A DNA stretch of 64,000 bases, from assembly GCA_034433795.1 (NCBI GenBank), contig DAOUAE010000013.1:1-64000 (forward strand). The letters run 5' to 3'. The position numbers and the translations under genes are program-made. This document shows positions 30,187 through 38,683 of this stretch, piece after piece. The notes under the pieces are model-generated. The model ran no database searches and had not been told where the DNA came from. It worked only from the letters and a program-made list of their open reading frames with translations. Numbering within the stretch: position 1 is the stretch's first letter; the number at the start of each line of letters is the position of its first letter. This stretch comes from Chloroflexota bacterium. GTDB taxonomy: Bacteria; Chloroflexota; UBA6077; FW602-bin22; DAOUAE01.

Positions 30187-33100
30187 ATGGACGAGGAGAA
30201 CGCGGTCGCCACGGTGCCGTTTATCACCAAGGTCGTTCCCCCACGGGTGCCAGCGCGCCTGCTCCACCGGCGTCGCCTCCTCGACCTCCTGCATCGCTGC
30301 ATCGACCGGCGCTGCACCGTGCTGCAGGCCGGGCCCGGCTATGGGAAGACCACCCTCCTGGCCGACTTCGCCGCCGAGGCCGACCTGCCCGTCTGCTGGT
30401 ACACCCTCGATGAGTTCGACCGCGACGGCGCTGGCTTTCTGACCTACCTTCTGGCCGCGGTCCGTCAACGGTTCCCCACGGTCGGCCGCCGCACCGCCCT
30501 GGCCCTGGCTCAAACCGCCCGCACCTCTGAGGACCTGCGGCGGATTCTGGGACTCCTGGTCACCGACCTCTACCAGGAGATCGCGGAGTACTACGTTCTC
30601 ATCCTCGACGACCTGCACACCGTCCGCGACTGCCCCGAGGTCGTCGAACTCCTCGATCTCCTGCTGGCCCGGCAGCCGGCCAACTGCCATCTGGTCCTGG
30701 CTGGGCGGACTCTCCCGCGCCTGCGGCGTCTGCCCGCTCTGGTGGCCGGCCAGGAGGCTCTCTTGCTGACCAGCCAGGACCTGGCCTTCACCCGCGCGGA
30801 GACCGAGGCCTTTCTGGTCGAGGTCCTGCAGCAGAGCGACGTCCGTCCACATATTGATCGCCTGCACGCCTGGTCTGGCGGCTGGCCGATCGCGCTGCTG
30901 CTGGCCAACCGGACCGGCTCCCCGGCCGACTCACCCCTTCTGTTCGACTATCTGGCCGGCGAGGTGCTCGAGCAGCTGGCCGCCGAGGTCCAGGCGTTCC
31001 TGCTGGCCACCAGTATCCTGCCAGAGCTGACCGCAGCGGCCTGCGATGCTCTGCTGGAGCGGACCGACAGCGGCGAGCAGCTACGCCGGCTGGCGGACCC
31101 CGGTGGTCTGGGACTGCCGCTCCAGACCACCGACCGGGGCTACCGTTATCATCCGCTCTTCCGCGAGTTCCTCCAGCGTCGGCTGCAGGCGACGGCCCCC
31201 GACTGGGCCCGGGCGCTCCACCGGCGGGCCGCAGCCCTGGCCCAGCACGCCGGTCAGGCCGACCAGGCTCTTCACCACCTGATCGCGGCCGGCGAGATCC
31301 AACCGGCCGCCGCTCTGCTGGAGCAGGTCGGTCCGGAGTGGCTGCGGACCGGTCGCTGGCGACAGTTCGTGACCTGTCTGGAGCAGTTGCCGCCGGCGGA
31401 GCGTCAGCGGCCGGGCCTCCAGCTGGTCTACGCCGCCGTCCTGCTGCGGCTGGGCCAGCCGGAGCGCGCCGGCCAGCTGGTCCAGTGCCTTCTGGACCAG
31501 CCGGAGGCCGAGCCCGCGCTGCGGTTGCGAGCCCTGGCGGTGGCCAGCGCCGCCGCCCGGCTGAGCGGTCAGTACGAGGTCGCCCGCACCCTGGCCGAGC
31601 GGGCGGTGGCGGCTCTCGATCCGGCGCTGCCCGCCAGCGTTCAGGCCGAGATCTACAAGGCCCACGGACTGGCCCTGGCCCGCCTGGGCCGGCTGGTCGA
31701 GGCCGTTCCCCCGCTCGAGCGGGCCCTGCAGCTCTTCGTCGATCTGGGTGAGACCGCGGAGGCGGCCAGCCTGCACGACGCCCTGGCCGCGGCGGCCATC
31801 CAGCAGGGGCAGATAGCGACCGCTCGTGGTCATCTTGAGCGCGCCCGGGCGATCTGGCAGACCCTGGGCAATGTGGCCGAACTCGCCCAGACGCTCAACA
31901 ACCTGGGCATGGTGTACTACTACCAGGGGGAGTTGGAGGCAGCCCGCGAGGCCTTCACCATGGCCCGGGACCAGGCCCGGGCGGCCGGCTATCAGCGGGT
32001 GGCGGCCTGCGCCGACCTCAGTCTGGGCGACGTCCTGCGCGACCTGGGGGGATTGGAGCTGGCGATGGCGGCCTATCAGCAGGGCCTGGAGACCGCCCGC
32101 CAGGCCGATGAGGCGGCGCTGGTCGGCTACGCCCTCTGCGCCCTGGCCCACGTCTTCCGGCTGAAGGGTGACCTGGACCGGGCCGAGACGCTGGCCCGGC
32201 AGGCTCTGGCCCAGGCCCAGACCACGGGCAGCCTGTTCGAGCAGGGCCTGGCCGAGATGGCGCTGGGGGCGACGCTGCTGGCCGCCCGCCGGCCCGGACC
32301 GGCGGTGGCCGTGCTTTCGGCGGCGGTCGAGCACCTGCGGACCTACGGGGCCCTCCCAGAGCTGAGCCAGGCCCTGCTCTTTCTGGCTCAGGCCAGCCAG
32401 CTGCGGGGGAAGGGCGAGGGACGGGCGGCCCGCCAGGCCCTGCGGGAGGTCGCCGACCTGCTGGATCGTCTGGGGATCTGCGGCCATCTCCTGGCGCTGG
32501 TCGTGCAGAACCCCCTCCTGCTCAAGCGGGCTCAGGCGGTGGCTCCGCAGAGCCGGGGGCTGCGTGAACTGGCCGAGCGGGCCAAGACCTTCCGGGCGCT
32601 GACCGCCCCGCCGGCCATCATCCGGCCGGGCCCCGCGCGCTGGCCTCGCATCGAGGCGTTCACTCTCGGGTATGCGCGGGTGCTGCGCGACGGTGTCGAG
32701 GTCACCGAGAGCCAGTGGAAGCGCAGCAAGAGCAAAGAGCTCTTCTTCTACCTGCTCTGGCATCGCCAGTGGCAGAGCGAGGAGGCGATCATCACCGCCC
32801 TCTGGCCCGATGTCGACCCGGAGCGCGCCCATAGCCGTTTCCACTCGAGCCTCTACCAGTTGCGACGGGCCCTCTACGATGACTGCCTGATCCGCGATGG
32901 CAGCTTCTACCGGCTCAATCCCGAAGGGGAGTTCTGGTGCGACGCGGTGGAGTTCTTGCGGTTGTGCGAGGGCGCCCGCACCGACCGGGAGTCCACCTAT
33001 GAGCGGGCGCTGGCCCTGTATCAGGGACCTTTCCTCCGCGATTACTACGCCGAGTGGTGTGAAGAGCCCCGACGCGTGCTGGAGCAGCACTATCTGCGCG

Positions 33101-33381
33101 CGCTGACCCACGTCGCCCGGTACTATCTGGACCACCAGCAGATCGACCGCTGCATCGACCTGCTCCAGCGCGCGCTGGCCGTCGACGAGTTCCAGGACGA
33201 GGTGCACTTTCTGCTGCTCCAGGCTTACCTGGCGGGTGGGCAGGCGGCGGCGGCCCTGGCGCACTACCGCCGCTACCAGCAGCGCCGGCGCGAGGAGCGG
33301 CTCCCGCCCCCGCCGCTGCATCTCCAGCGTCTCTACCAGCAGATCGTGGCCAGTGGCCTCGACAGCGCCCGGCGGGCCTGA
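30187..33381 (+). CDS. STAND-class ATPase / TPR / SARP (winged-helix + BTAD) family transcriptional regulator
   Basis: 1064 aa. MalT-like N-terminal NTPase (P-loop GPGYGKTTLL, Walker B VLILDDLH), then a central TPR array (YQGELEAAREAF, AMAAYQQGLETAR...). C-terminal OmpR/SARP-type wHTH (FTLGYARVLRDGVEV...ELFFYLLW...EEAIITALWPD) plus BTAD (ALALYQGPFLRDYYAEWCEEPRRVLEQHYLRAL). Perfect -10 TATAAT at 30136-30141. Confidence 0.75.
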   Translation: MDEENAVATVPFITKVVPPRVPARLLHRRRLLDLLHRCIDRRCTVLQAGPGYGKTTLLADFAAEADLPVCWYTLDEFDRDGAGFLTYLLAAVRQRFPTVGRRTALALAQTARTSEDLRRILGLLVTDLYQEIAEYYVLILDDLHTVRDCPEVVELLDLLLARQPANCHLVLAGRTLPRLRRLPALVAGQEALLLTSQDLAFTRAETEAFLVEVLQQSDVRPHIDRLHAWSGGWPIALLLANRTGSPADSPLLFDYLAGEVLEQLAAEVQAFLLATSILPELTAAACDALLERTDSGEQLRRLADPGGLGLPLQTTDRGYRYHPLFREFLQRRLQATAPDWARALHRRAAALAQHAGQADQALHHLIAAGEIQPAAALLEQVGPEWLRTGRWRQFVTCLEQLPPAERQRPGLQLVYAAVLLRLGQPERAGQLVQCLLDQPEAEPALRLRALAVASAAARLSGQYEVARTLAERAVAALDPALPASVQAEIYKAHGLALARLGRLVEAVPPLERALQLFVDLGETAEAASLHDALAAAAIQQGQIATARGHLERARAIWQTLGNVAELAQTLNNLGMVYYYQGELEAAREAFTMARDQARAAGYQRVAACADLSLGDVLRDLGGLELAMAAYQQGLETARQADEAALVGYALCALAHVFRLKGDLDRAETLARQALAQAQTTGSLFEQGLAEMALGATLLAARRPGPAVAVLSAAVEHLRTYGALPELSQALLFLAQASQLRGKGEGRAARQALREVADLLDRLGICGHLLALVVQNPLLLKRAQAVAPQSRGLRELAERAKTFRALTAPPAIIRPGPARWPRIEAFTLGYARVLRDGVEVTESQWKRSKSKELFFYLLWHRQWQSEEAIITALWPDVDPERAHSRFHSSLYQLRRALYDDCLIRDGSFYRLNPEGEFWCDAVEFLRLCEGARTDRESTYERALALYQGPFLRDYYAEWCEEPRRVLEQHYLRALTHVARYYLDHQQIDRCIDLLQRALAVDEFQDEVHFLLLQAYLAGGQAAAALAHYRRYQQRRREERLPPPPLHLQRLYQQIVASGLDSARRA

Positions 33382-33464
33382 GCGGGCGGCTTCTGTGTCA
33401 ACGGCCTGTCAACGCCTCCTGGTATGCTCTCCCCCGACACCACACTGCGGGAGGGGAACAGGCC

Positions 33465-33557
33465 ATGCGTGCTCAGGTGCTGCGGTTGGGGTGGGCGCTT
33501 CTCGCCCTCGCCGGCTTGCTGTTGGCCAGTGGTGCGCCGGTCTCCTGGCCGGTCTAA
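33465..33557 (+). CDS. candidate small ORF, 30-aa hydrophobic peptide
   Basis: ATG 8 nt after GGGAGGGG. MRAQVLRLGWALLALAGLLLASGAPVSWPV. Below the track cutoff. Confidence 0.25.
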   Translation: MRAQVLRLGWALLALAGLLLASGAPVSWPV

Positions 33558-33629
33558 CCGGCCAGCGGTGCCTGTCTGGCGACCGGGCCTGCTCGCGACG
33601 GCGGGTCCGGTCCACCGCGGCCCCACGCC

Positions 33630-34268
33630 GTGGGGCCGCGATTCTGCTCTTCTGGGCGTTGCACCGTGATTCTGGTTATTGTCATCCCCGTCACGCTGCT
33701 GGTGGCGGCGCTCGCCGGGCGGCCGCTCCTGGCGCTTGGGGCTCTCCGTTTCACCGCCCTCTGGTTGGTGGCGCTGGCCGTGCTGGCGCAGATCCCGGCG
33801 CGGTCGGGCCAGGTTGACCCTCCAGTTGGCGGCCTGCTCACCAGCCTCTCTTACGGCCTGCTGATCGTGTTCGCTCTCCTGAACCGTCGCTTGCCGGGAA
33901 TGAAGATCTTCCTGATCGGGCTGGTGGCCAACGCGCTGGTCATTGTCGCCAATGGCGGCTACATGCCGGTGGCTCCCACGGCGTTCCGCCAGATCACCGG
34001 GCTGACGGTGGAGCCGCCGACGACCGGGGCCCCGGTCGTCTACCGGAAGAGCCGTCTGGTTCCGCCAGAGGAGAGCCCGCTGGCCTGGTTGGGTGACTGG
34101 ATCGCCACGCCGCTGTGGCCGGTGCGTGGCCTCCTCAGTCCCGGCGACCTGCTGATCGCGGCCGGAGTGGCCTGGCTGCTCTGGCAAGCGACGGCGCGGC
34201 CGAGAGAGCGTTCTGGGGACGCGAGCGACGCGCCGGTGTCAGCCTCGCAACGGAATGTGTATGGGTGA
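33630..34268 (+). CDS. DUF5317-family membrane protein
   Basis: About 5 TM helices, ~200 aa. Motif VIVANGGYMPVAP...LLIAAGVAWLL is typical of DUF5317. Start uncertain (GTG 33630 or 33666). Confidence 0.5.
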   Translation: MGPRFCSSGRCTVILVIVIPVTLLVAALAGRPLLALGALRFTALWLVALAVLAQIPARSGQVDPPVGGLLTSLSYGLLIVFALLNRRLPGMKIFLIGLVANALVIVANGGYMPVAPTAFRQITGLTVEPPTTGAPVVYRKSRLVPPEESPLAWLGDWIATPLWPVRGLLSPGDLLIAAGVAWLLWQATARPRERSGDASDAPVSASQRNVYG

Positions 34269-34722
34269 GCGCAGATCGCCTGGAGGGGCGCCCCGTGTCC
34301 TGGTGGTCGACGATGACCCGCGGATCGTCCGGCTGCTCGTCTTCACGCTGGAGCGCGCTGGCTACCAGGTGCGGGCGTTCCGCTGTGGACGGACGGCGCT
34401 GGAACTCCTGCCGCACCTGCGCCCCGACATCGTCATCGTCGACGCTTTGTTGTCGGGCCTCGATGGTCCGACCATCTGTCGGCAGATTCGGGCTGCGGGC
34501 CTGCGCGAGACGGCGGTGCTGCTCCTGACGACGTGGGTGGACGAGGCGATGGTCCGCCGGTGCCTGGAGGCCGGGGCGGACATGGTGGTTCACAAGCCTT
34601 TCAGCCCGCTCGGCCTGCTGGAGACGCTGACCGCTCTCCGACGCCGGCGGTCCGGGGTCACGGCGTCGAAGGCTCAGGAAGACGCGCCGGGCTCGGCCGG
34701 GCTGGTCGAGCCGGCCGGATAA
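34255..34722 (+). CDS. single-domain response regulator (CheY-like receiver)
   Basis: RVLVVDDDPRIVRLL...PDIVIVDALLSGLDG...LLTTW...MVVHKPFS: complete REC fold with acceptor Asp. Confidence 0.75.
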   Translation: MCMGERRSPGGAPRVLVVDDDPRIVRLLVFTLERAGYQVRAFRCGRTALELLPHLRPDIVIVDALLSGLDGPTICRQIRAAGLRETAVLLLTTWVDEAMVRRCLEAGADMVVHKPFSPLGLLETLTALRRRRSGVTASKAQEDAPGSAGLVEPAG

Positions 34723-35408
34723 ACGCAGATCCGGGCGGCCGCCTTCAGCCCCACCGTGACCTCGCGGCCCTCGGGGGTCCGCAGGGTCAGCGTGCCGGCG
34801 TAGGGCGCGACCTGAACGACGGTGAAGCGGGCTCCCGGGATGACGCCGTGCTGTTGCAGGTACTCGAGGAGACGGGGGTCCCACTCAGCCTCCTCGGTGA
34901 TCCGTTCGACGACGATCTCCTGGCCCTCGGTTGCCTTGTCCAGACGGAACTCACCGGGTGCGGGCTGCCAGCCCATCCCGGGGATGGGGTTGCCGTGGGG
35001 GCAGGTCTTGGGGTAGCCCAGGACGGCGGCCAGCCGCTCTTCCAGACGCGGGGTGATCCCGTGCTCGATGTGGGTGGCCTCCTCGTGGGCGGTCACCCAG
35101 TCCAGACCGAGCACATCGACCAGGAAGCGCTCGGTCAGGCGGTGCCGACGGATGATCTTCTCCGCCAGTTCCTGTCCCTTGGGCGTCAGACCGATCTCCT
35201 TACGGTCGTTCAGGACGATCAGCCCGTCCCGGCTCATCCGCTGGAGGGTGGCGGCGACCGTCGGCGGAGTCAGGTCGAGGCGGGCTGCCAGACGGGCAGC
35301 GATAACGGTCATGCCCTCGCTGAGCATGTTGTAGATGGCTTCCAGGTACTCTTCGACGCGGGGCGTCGGACGGGGCTCCTCCATCGGCGCAAGCGTCTCT
35401 TCGCCCAT
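34674..35408 (-). CDS. DtxR/IdeR/MntR-family metal-dependent repressor with C-terminal FeoA/SH3-like domain
   Basis: VEEYLEAIYNM...TPPTVAATLQRMSRDGLI...HRLTERFL...THIEHGI, then FeoA-like GARFTVVQV. ATG 35406-35408 after GGAGGAGGGAG. Confidence 0.8.
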   Translation of the reverse strand: MGEETLAPMEEPRPTPRVEEYLEAIYNMLSEGMTVIAARLAARLDLTPPTVAATLQRMSRDGLIVLNDRKEIGLTPKGQELAEKIIRRHRLTERFLVDVLGLDWVTAHEEATHIEHGITPRLEERLAAVLGYPKTCPHGNPIPGMGWQPAPGEFRLDKATEGQEIVVERITEEAEWDPRLLEYLQQHGVIPGARFTVVQVAPYAGTLTLRTPEGREVTVGLKAAARICVYPAGSTSPAEPGASS

Positions 35409-35541
35409 CGGCGCTCCCTCCTCCGTGGGGGTCGGCGTCCCGGTGCCAGACCGGAGGACGGCCGCCCTGTCCCTCCTGCTTATAAGCCCTGATGGCATAA
35501 TCCTACCCGGTCGAGCCGGCTTTTCGCAAATAAGAGGGCGG

Positions 35542-36387
35542 TTAAAAGTGGGAGCCCTGGCTGGGGTCGGAGTGCCGCAGGCGTTTGCGCAGGCCGACCG
35601 CCTTGGGCGAGCGGGCGGCGGCCTCCTCCCAGGCCCGTCGGGCCGCGTTCAGGTCGCCCTGGGCGGCGTAGGCGTCGCCGAGGAGGCGCAGGGCCTCGGC
35701 CGGGAGGCGGGGGCGGACCTCCGGGCGGTCCAGCGCCCGGACCACCGTCGCCCAGTCGCCGCGCCGGCTGGCGTGGTGGGCCTGGTCGAGGGGGAGGTTG
35801 GTGAGCACCTTGTCGAGCAGGTCGGTTGGGGCGCCGGGCAGCGCCCGCGCCTGCCGCCAGACCGCCTCGGCCTGGTCGAACTGCTGGGCCAGGACCAGGG
35901 CCTCGCCCAGGTAGTAGTAGGCGGGATGATAGCCGGGGACCGCAGCGACGACGGCGGCCAGGTGTTCCAGAGCGGCCGGAATGTCGCGGACGGTGTGTTC
36001 GGCGACCAGGAGCCGCCCCAGGTACCAGCGGGCCAGGAGCTCGGCCTGCCGGTCGGGCGGGAAGACGGCCACCGGCAGACCGGTCAGTTCCCCGTGGGTG
36101 GGGGCTAGGCTGAGCGCGGCCTCGTAGTGCTGGCGCGCCCGCTGGAAGTACCGGGCCGCCTCGCCGGCGGGGGCACAGGCCCCGGCGTAGATCTCATAGG
36201 CCTGACCCAGCGCCAACCGGAGCCGGTAGCTCTCACCCCCACGGGCCAGGAAGCGCTCGGCCCGCGCCAGGGCCTCGGCGATCGGGGGGCCCAGACGCGG
36301 CCCCAGACGGGGGAAGGTCAGAACCAGGCGCTCCAGCGCCTGCACCAGGCGGGCGGCCTGCCAGCGGCGAAACCAGGTCCTGATCAT
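35542..36387 (-). CDS. TPR-repeat protein
   Basis: Repeated A/L/Y/R-rich 34-mers (ALGQAYEIYAG..., YYYLGEALVLAQQFDQAEAVWRQA, LLGDAYAAQGDLNAARRAWEEA). Confidence 0.6.
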   Translation of the reverse strand: MIRTWFRRWQAARLVQALERLVLTFPRLGPRLGPPIAEALARAERFLARGGESYRLRLALGQAYEIYAGACAPAGEAARYFQRARQHYEAALSLAPTHGELTGLPVAVFPPDRQAELLARWYLGRLLVAEHTVRDIPAALEHLAAVVAAVPGYHPAYYYLGEALVLAQQFDQAEAVWRQARALPGAPTDLLDKVLTNLPLDQAHHASRRGDWATVVRALDRPEVRPRLPAEALRLLGDAYAAQGDLNAARRAWEEAAARSPKAVGLRKRLRHSDPSQGSHF

Positions 36388-36561
36388 AGCGTACAGTATA
36401 CCCCTGACGCGCATGGTACCGCGCGGGTGGGTGCCTGGCCGTCGCGTCCATCACGAGCGGGGCGATTTCGGCGCCTGCATTATACCACAGGGGACCGGCG
36501 GCCGGGCGGGATCCGGCGCGACGGGAGGGCGTGGGGCCGCGCGGCGTGTGGGGCGGTCGGA

Positions 36562-36843
36562 CTAGAGACGCAGGAAAGCCTGGACGGGCAGGACGAAGAC
36601 CGTTCCGGCCCCGATCGTGACCCCGCTGGCCTCGGTCGCCGGGCGGGCCTGGGTGTGCTCGTTGAGCAACTGGATCACGCGGTCGACCTCGGCGTCGTCC
36701 ACGCCGATGAGCAGCGTCGCGTTGCCCCGGCGCAGGAAGCCGCCCGCCGTGTTGATGCGCGTCGCCCGGTAGTTGTTCTCCATCAGGGCGTCGAGGATCG
36801 TCCCGGCGTCCTGATCCTGAACGATGGCTAGCAGCAGTTTCAT
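36562..36843 (-). CDS. DarA-like PII-type c-di-AMP receptor protein (DUF970/CdAMP_rec), paralogue 2
   Basis: MKLLLAIVQDQDAGTILDALMENNYRATRINTAGGFLRRGNATLLIGVDDAEVDRVIQLL...GTVFVLPV. Close match to B. subtilis DarA/YaaQ pattern (MKLIVAVVQDQD...TGGFL..GN.T..IG...VFVLPV). Confidence 0.75.
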   Translation of the reverse strand: MKLLLAIVQDQDAGTILDALMENNYRATRINTAGGFLRRGNATLLIGVDDAEVDRVIQLLNEHTQARPATEASGVTIGAGTVFVLPVQAFLRL

Positions 36844-36859
36844 GGGGCCTCCTCGCGTC

Positions 36860-37219
36860 CTACCGCAGTGTCCGGCGCGTGGCTGCCATCTGACCCTGCA
36901 GGGTGACCACCCGTTCGACGGGCAGCACGAAGACGACCGCGCCGCCGACCTCGACCTCGACCACGTCGGAGAAGATGGCGGGCTCGCCGAAGGGTGGGGC
37001 GTAGAGGACGGTGCGGGTGTGGCAGGTCTCGGCGATGATCTGAAGGATACGGTCCACCTCGGTCAGCGGAGCGCCGATGAGGAAGGCGACGTTGCGCTCG
37101 CGCAGGAACCCGCCGACGGTGTTGAGGCGGGTGCAGCGGACGCCGGCGGCCGCCAGGGCCTGGTTTAGGCGGCCGGCGTCGATGTCCTGGACGATGGCCA
37201 GAATGAGCGTGTACTCCAC
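36860..37219 (-). CDS. DarA-like PII-type c-di-AMP receptor protein (DUF970/CdAMP_rec), paralogue 1
   Basis: GTG start after GGAAAGGAGGGGAGC. MEYTLILAIVQDIDAGRLNQAL...RLNTVGGFLRERNVAFLIGA...VVEVEVGGAVVFVLPV. Confidence 0.75.
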   Translation of the reverse strand: MEYTLILAIVQDIDAGRLNQALAAAGVRCTRLNTVGGFLRERNVAFLIGAPLTEVDRILQIIAETCHTRTVLYAPPFGEPAIFSDVVEVEVGGAVVFVLPVERVVTLQGQMAATRRTLR

Positions 37220-37249
37220 CGCTCCCCTCCTTTCCGGCGTCTCAGCGAA

Positions 37250-37425
37250 CAGAAAACCGGAGGCAGTAGCCTCCGGTCCGACCGCTGACGCTACGCCTCT
37301 TTCAAATGCCTACGAGGTTAGCTGACGGGCTCGGGCTGAAAGAGCCTACCCTATCCCTGACCGGGAATTCGCCCCAACCGACTGGGTCCCCCGTTCCCCG
37401 CGGTGCGGGGATTCGGCTCTCTTCA
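37250..37425 (-). ncRNA. c-di-AMP riboswitch (ydaO/kimA class) with intrinsic terminator expression platform
   Basis: Minus strand reads GCCGAAUCCCCGCACCGCGGGGAACGGGGGACCCAGUCGGUUGGGGCGAAUUCCCGGUCAGGGAUAGGGUAGGCUCUUUCAGCCCGAGCCCGUCAGCUAACCUCGUAGGCAUUUGAAAGAGGCG. It has the pseudo-twofold ydaO layout and conserved blocks (GCCGAAUCC, ACGGGG(G)ACCCA, GGGG-GAAUUCC, CCCG-CCCG-CAGCUAAC). Terminator CCGGAGGCUACUGCCUCCGG-UUUUCUGUU ends ~20 nt before the RBS of DarA paralogue 1. Confidence 0.65.
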
Positions 37426-37441
37426 CTTGTCGGCCTGGAGT

Positions 37442-38668
37442 CTACTGCGTCTCGGTGGGGCTGTCAAGAGGGCCGCGGTATGTCTGAAGGAACTCCGCCT
37501 GCAGGTCGAAGAAGGTGCCCTGGCGGAGGCTCTCCCGGATCTGCTGGACCAGCCGGAGCATGAAACTGAGGTTGTGAAGGCTGGCCAGGCGGTAGGCCAG
37601 GAGTTCCTCGGCGACGAAGAGGTGGCGCAGGTAGGCCCGGCTGAAATGGCGGCAGGTGTAGCATGGGCAGTCGGGTTCGATGGGATCGGGGTCGAAGCGG
37701 TAGCGGGCGTTGCGGATGTTCAGTCGTCCCCAGCGGGTGTAGAGGCCGCCGTGGCGGGCCAGGCGGGTCGGGGCCACGCAGTCGAAGGTATCGATCCCCC
37801 GCGCGATGCAGGTGAAGAAGTCCTCGGGCTCGCCGATGCCTAGGAGATGGCGCGGCCAGGCCGGGGGCAGGAGCGGCACCGTCCACTCGAGGATGCGGTG
37901 CATATCCTCCTTGGACTTTCCCAGCGAGCCGCCGATAGCCACGCCGTCGAAGGGCAGGCTGCCGATGAAGCGGGCGCTGGCCTCGCGCAGATCGCGGTAT
38001 TCACCGCCCTGGACGATGCCGTAGAGGGCCTGGTCGCTGCGGGTCCGGGCGTCCAGGCAGCGCCGGGCCCAGCGGTGGGTGCGCTCCAGGGCCTGTCGGG
38101 TGTACTCGTAGGTGGCCAGCGGCGAGGTGCATTCATCAAAACAGAGAATGATATCGGCTCCCAACGCCTCCTGAATGGCGATACTCTTCTCCGGGGTGAA
38201 GCGGTGGGAGGAACCGTCGAGGTGGGAGGTGAACGTGGCGCCGTCGTCGTCGACGGTCACCAGCCGGGGGCGAACCGGGGTCCGGGCCGGGCGGGTCTCT
38301 TCACCGGGGAAGATCTTCGCGATCTTGCCCACGCCGTGTTCGAGACCGAACCCCAGGCTGAAGACCTGGAAGCCGCCGCTGTCGGTCATCATCGGCCCGT
38401 CCCAGGCCATGAACCGGTGCAGGCCGCCCAGGGCGGCCACCACCTCGTGGCCGGGCCGCAGGTAGAGATGGTAGGTGTTGGCCAGGACGGCGCTGACCCC
38501 CAGTGCGCGCAGTTCGTCCGGCGTCAGACTTTTGACCGTGGCCTGGGTGCCCACCACGATCAGGGCCGGCGTGGGAATGGGCCCGTGCGGGGTGGTGATC
38601 ACCCCGACCCGGGCGGCTGTTCCCGGCAGTTCGCGTTCGACGGTGAACGAGAGCGGTCGGGTGGTCAT
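37442..38668 (-). CDS. tgt: queuine tRNA-ribosyltransferase
   Basis: 408 aa. TGT TIM barrel with zinc site CPCYTCRHFSRAYLRHL. Conserved TPALIVVGTQATVKSL and GGLHRFMAWDGPMMTDSGGFQV. Confidence 0.9.
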   Translation of the reverse strand: MTTRPLSFTVERELPGTAARVGVITTPHGPIPTPALIVVGTQATVKSLTPDELRALGVSAVLANTYHLYLRPGHEVVAALGGLHRFMAWDGPMMTDSGGFQVFSLGFGLEHGVGKIAKIFPGEETRPARTPVRPRLVTVDDDGATFTSHLDGSSHRFTPEKSIAIQEALGADIILCFDECTSPLATYEYTRQALERTHRWARRCLDARTRSDQALYGIVQGGEYRDLREASARFIGSLPFDGVAIGGSLGKSKEDMHRILEWTVPLLPPAWPRHLLGIGEPEDFFTCIARGIDTFDCVAPTRLARHGGLYTRWGRLNIRNARYRFDPDPIEPDCPCYTCRHFSRAYLRHLFVAEELLAYRLASLHNLSFMLRLVQQIRESLRQGTFFDLQAEFLQTYRGPLDSPTETQ

Positions 38669-38683
38669 TCGGCCCGGATCGCC

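Noticed and set aside
33424-33669. 81-aa track ORF upstream of DUF5317.
   Set aside because: Wrong frame relative to the well-initiated 30-codon ORF (33465..33557), and it has no RBS. The small ORF is preferred, at low confidence.
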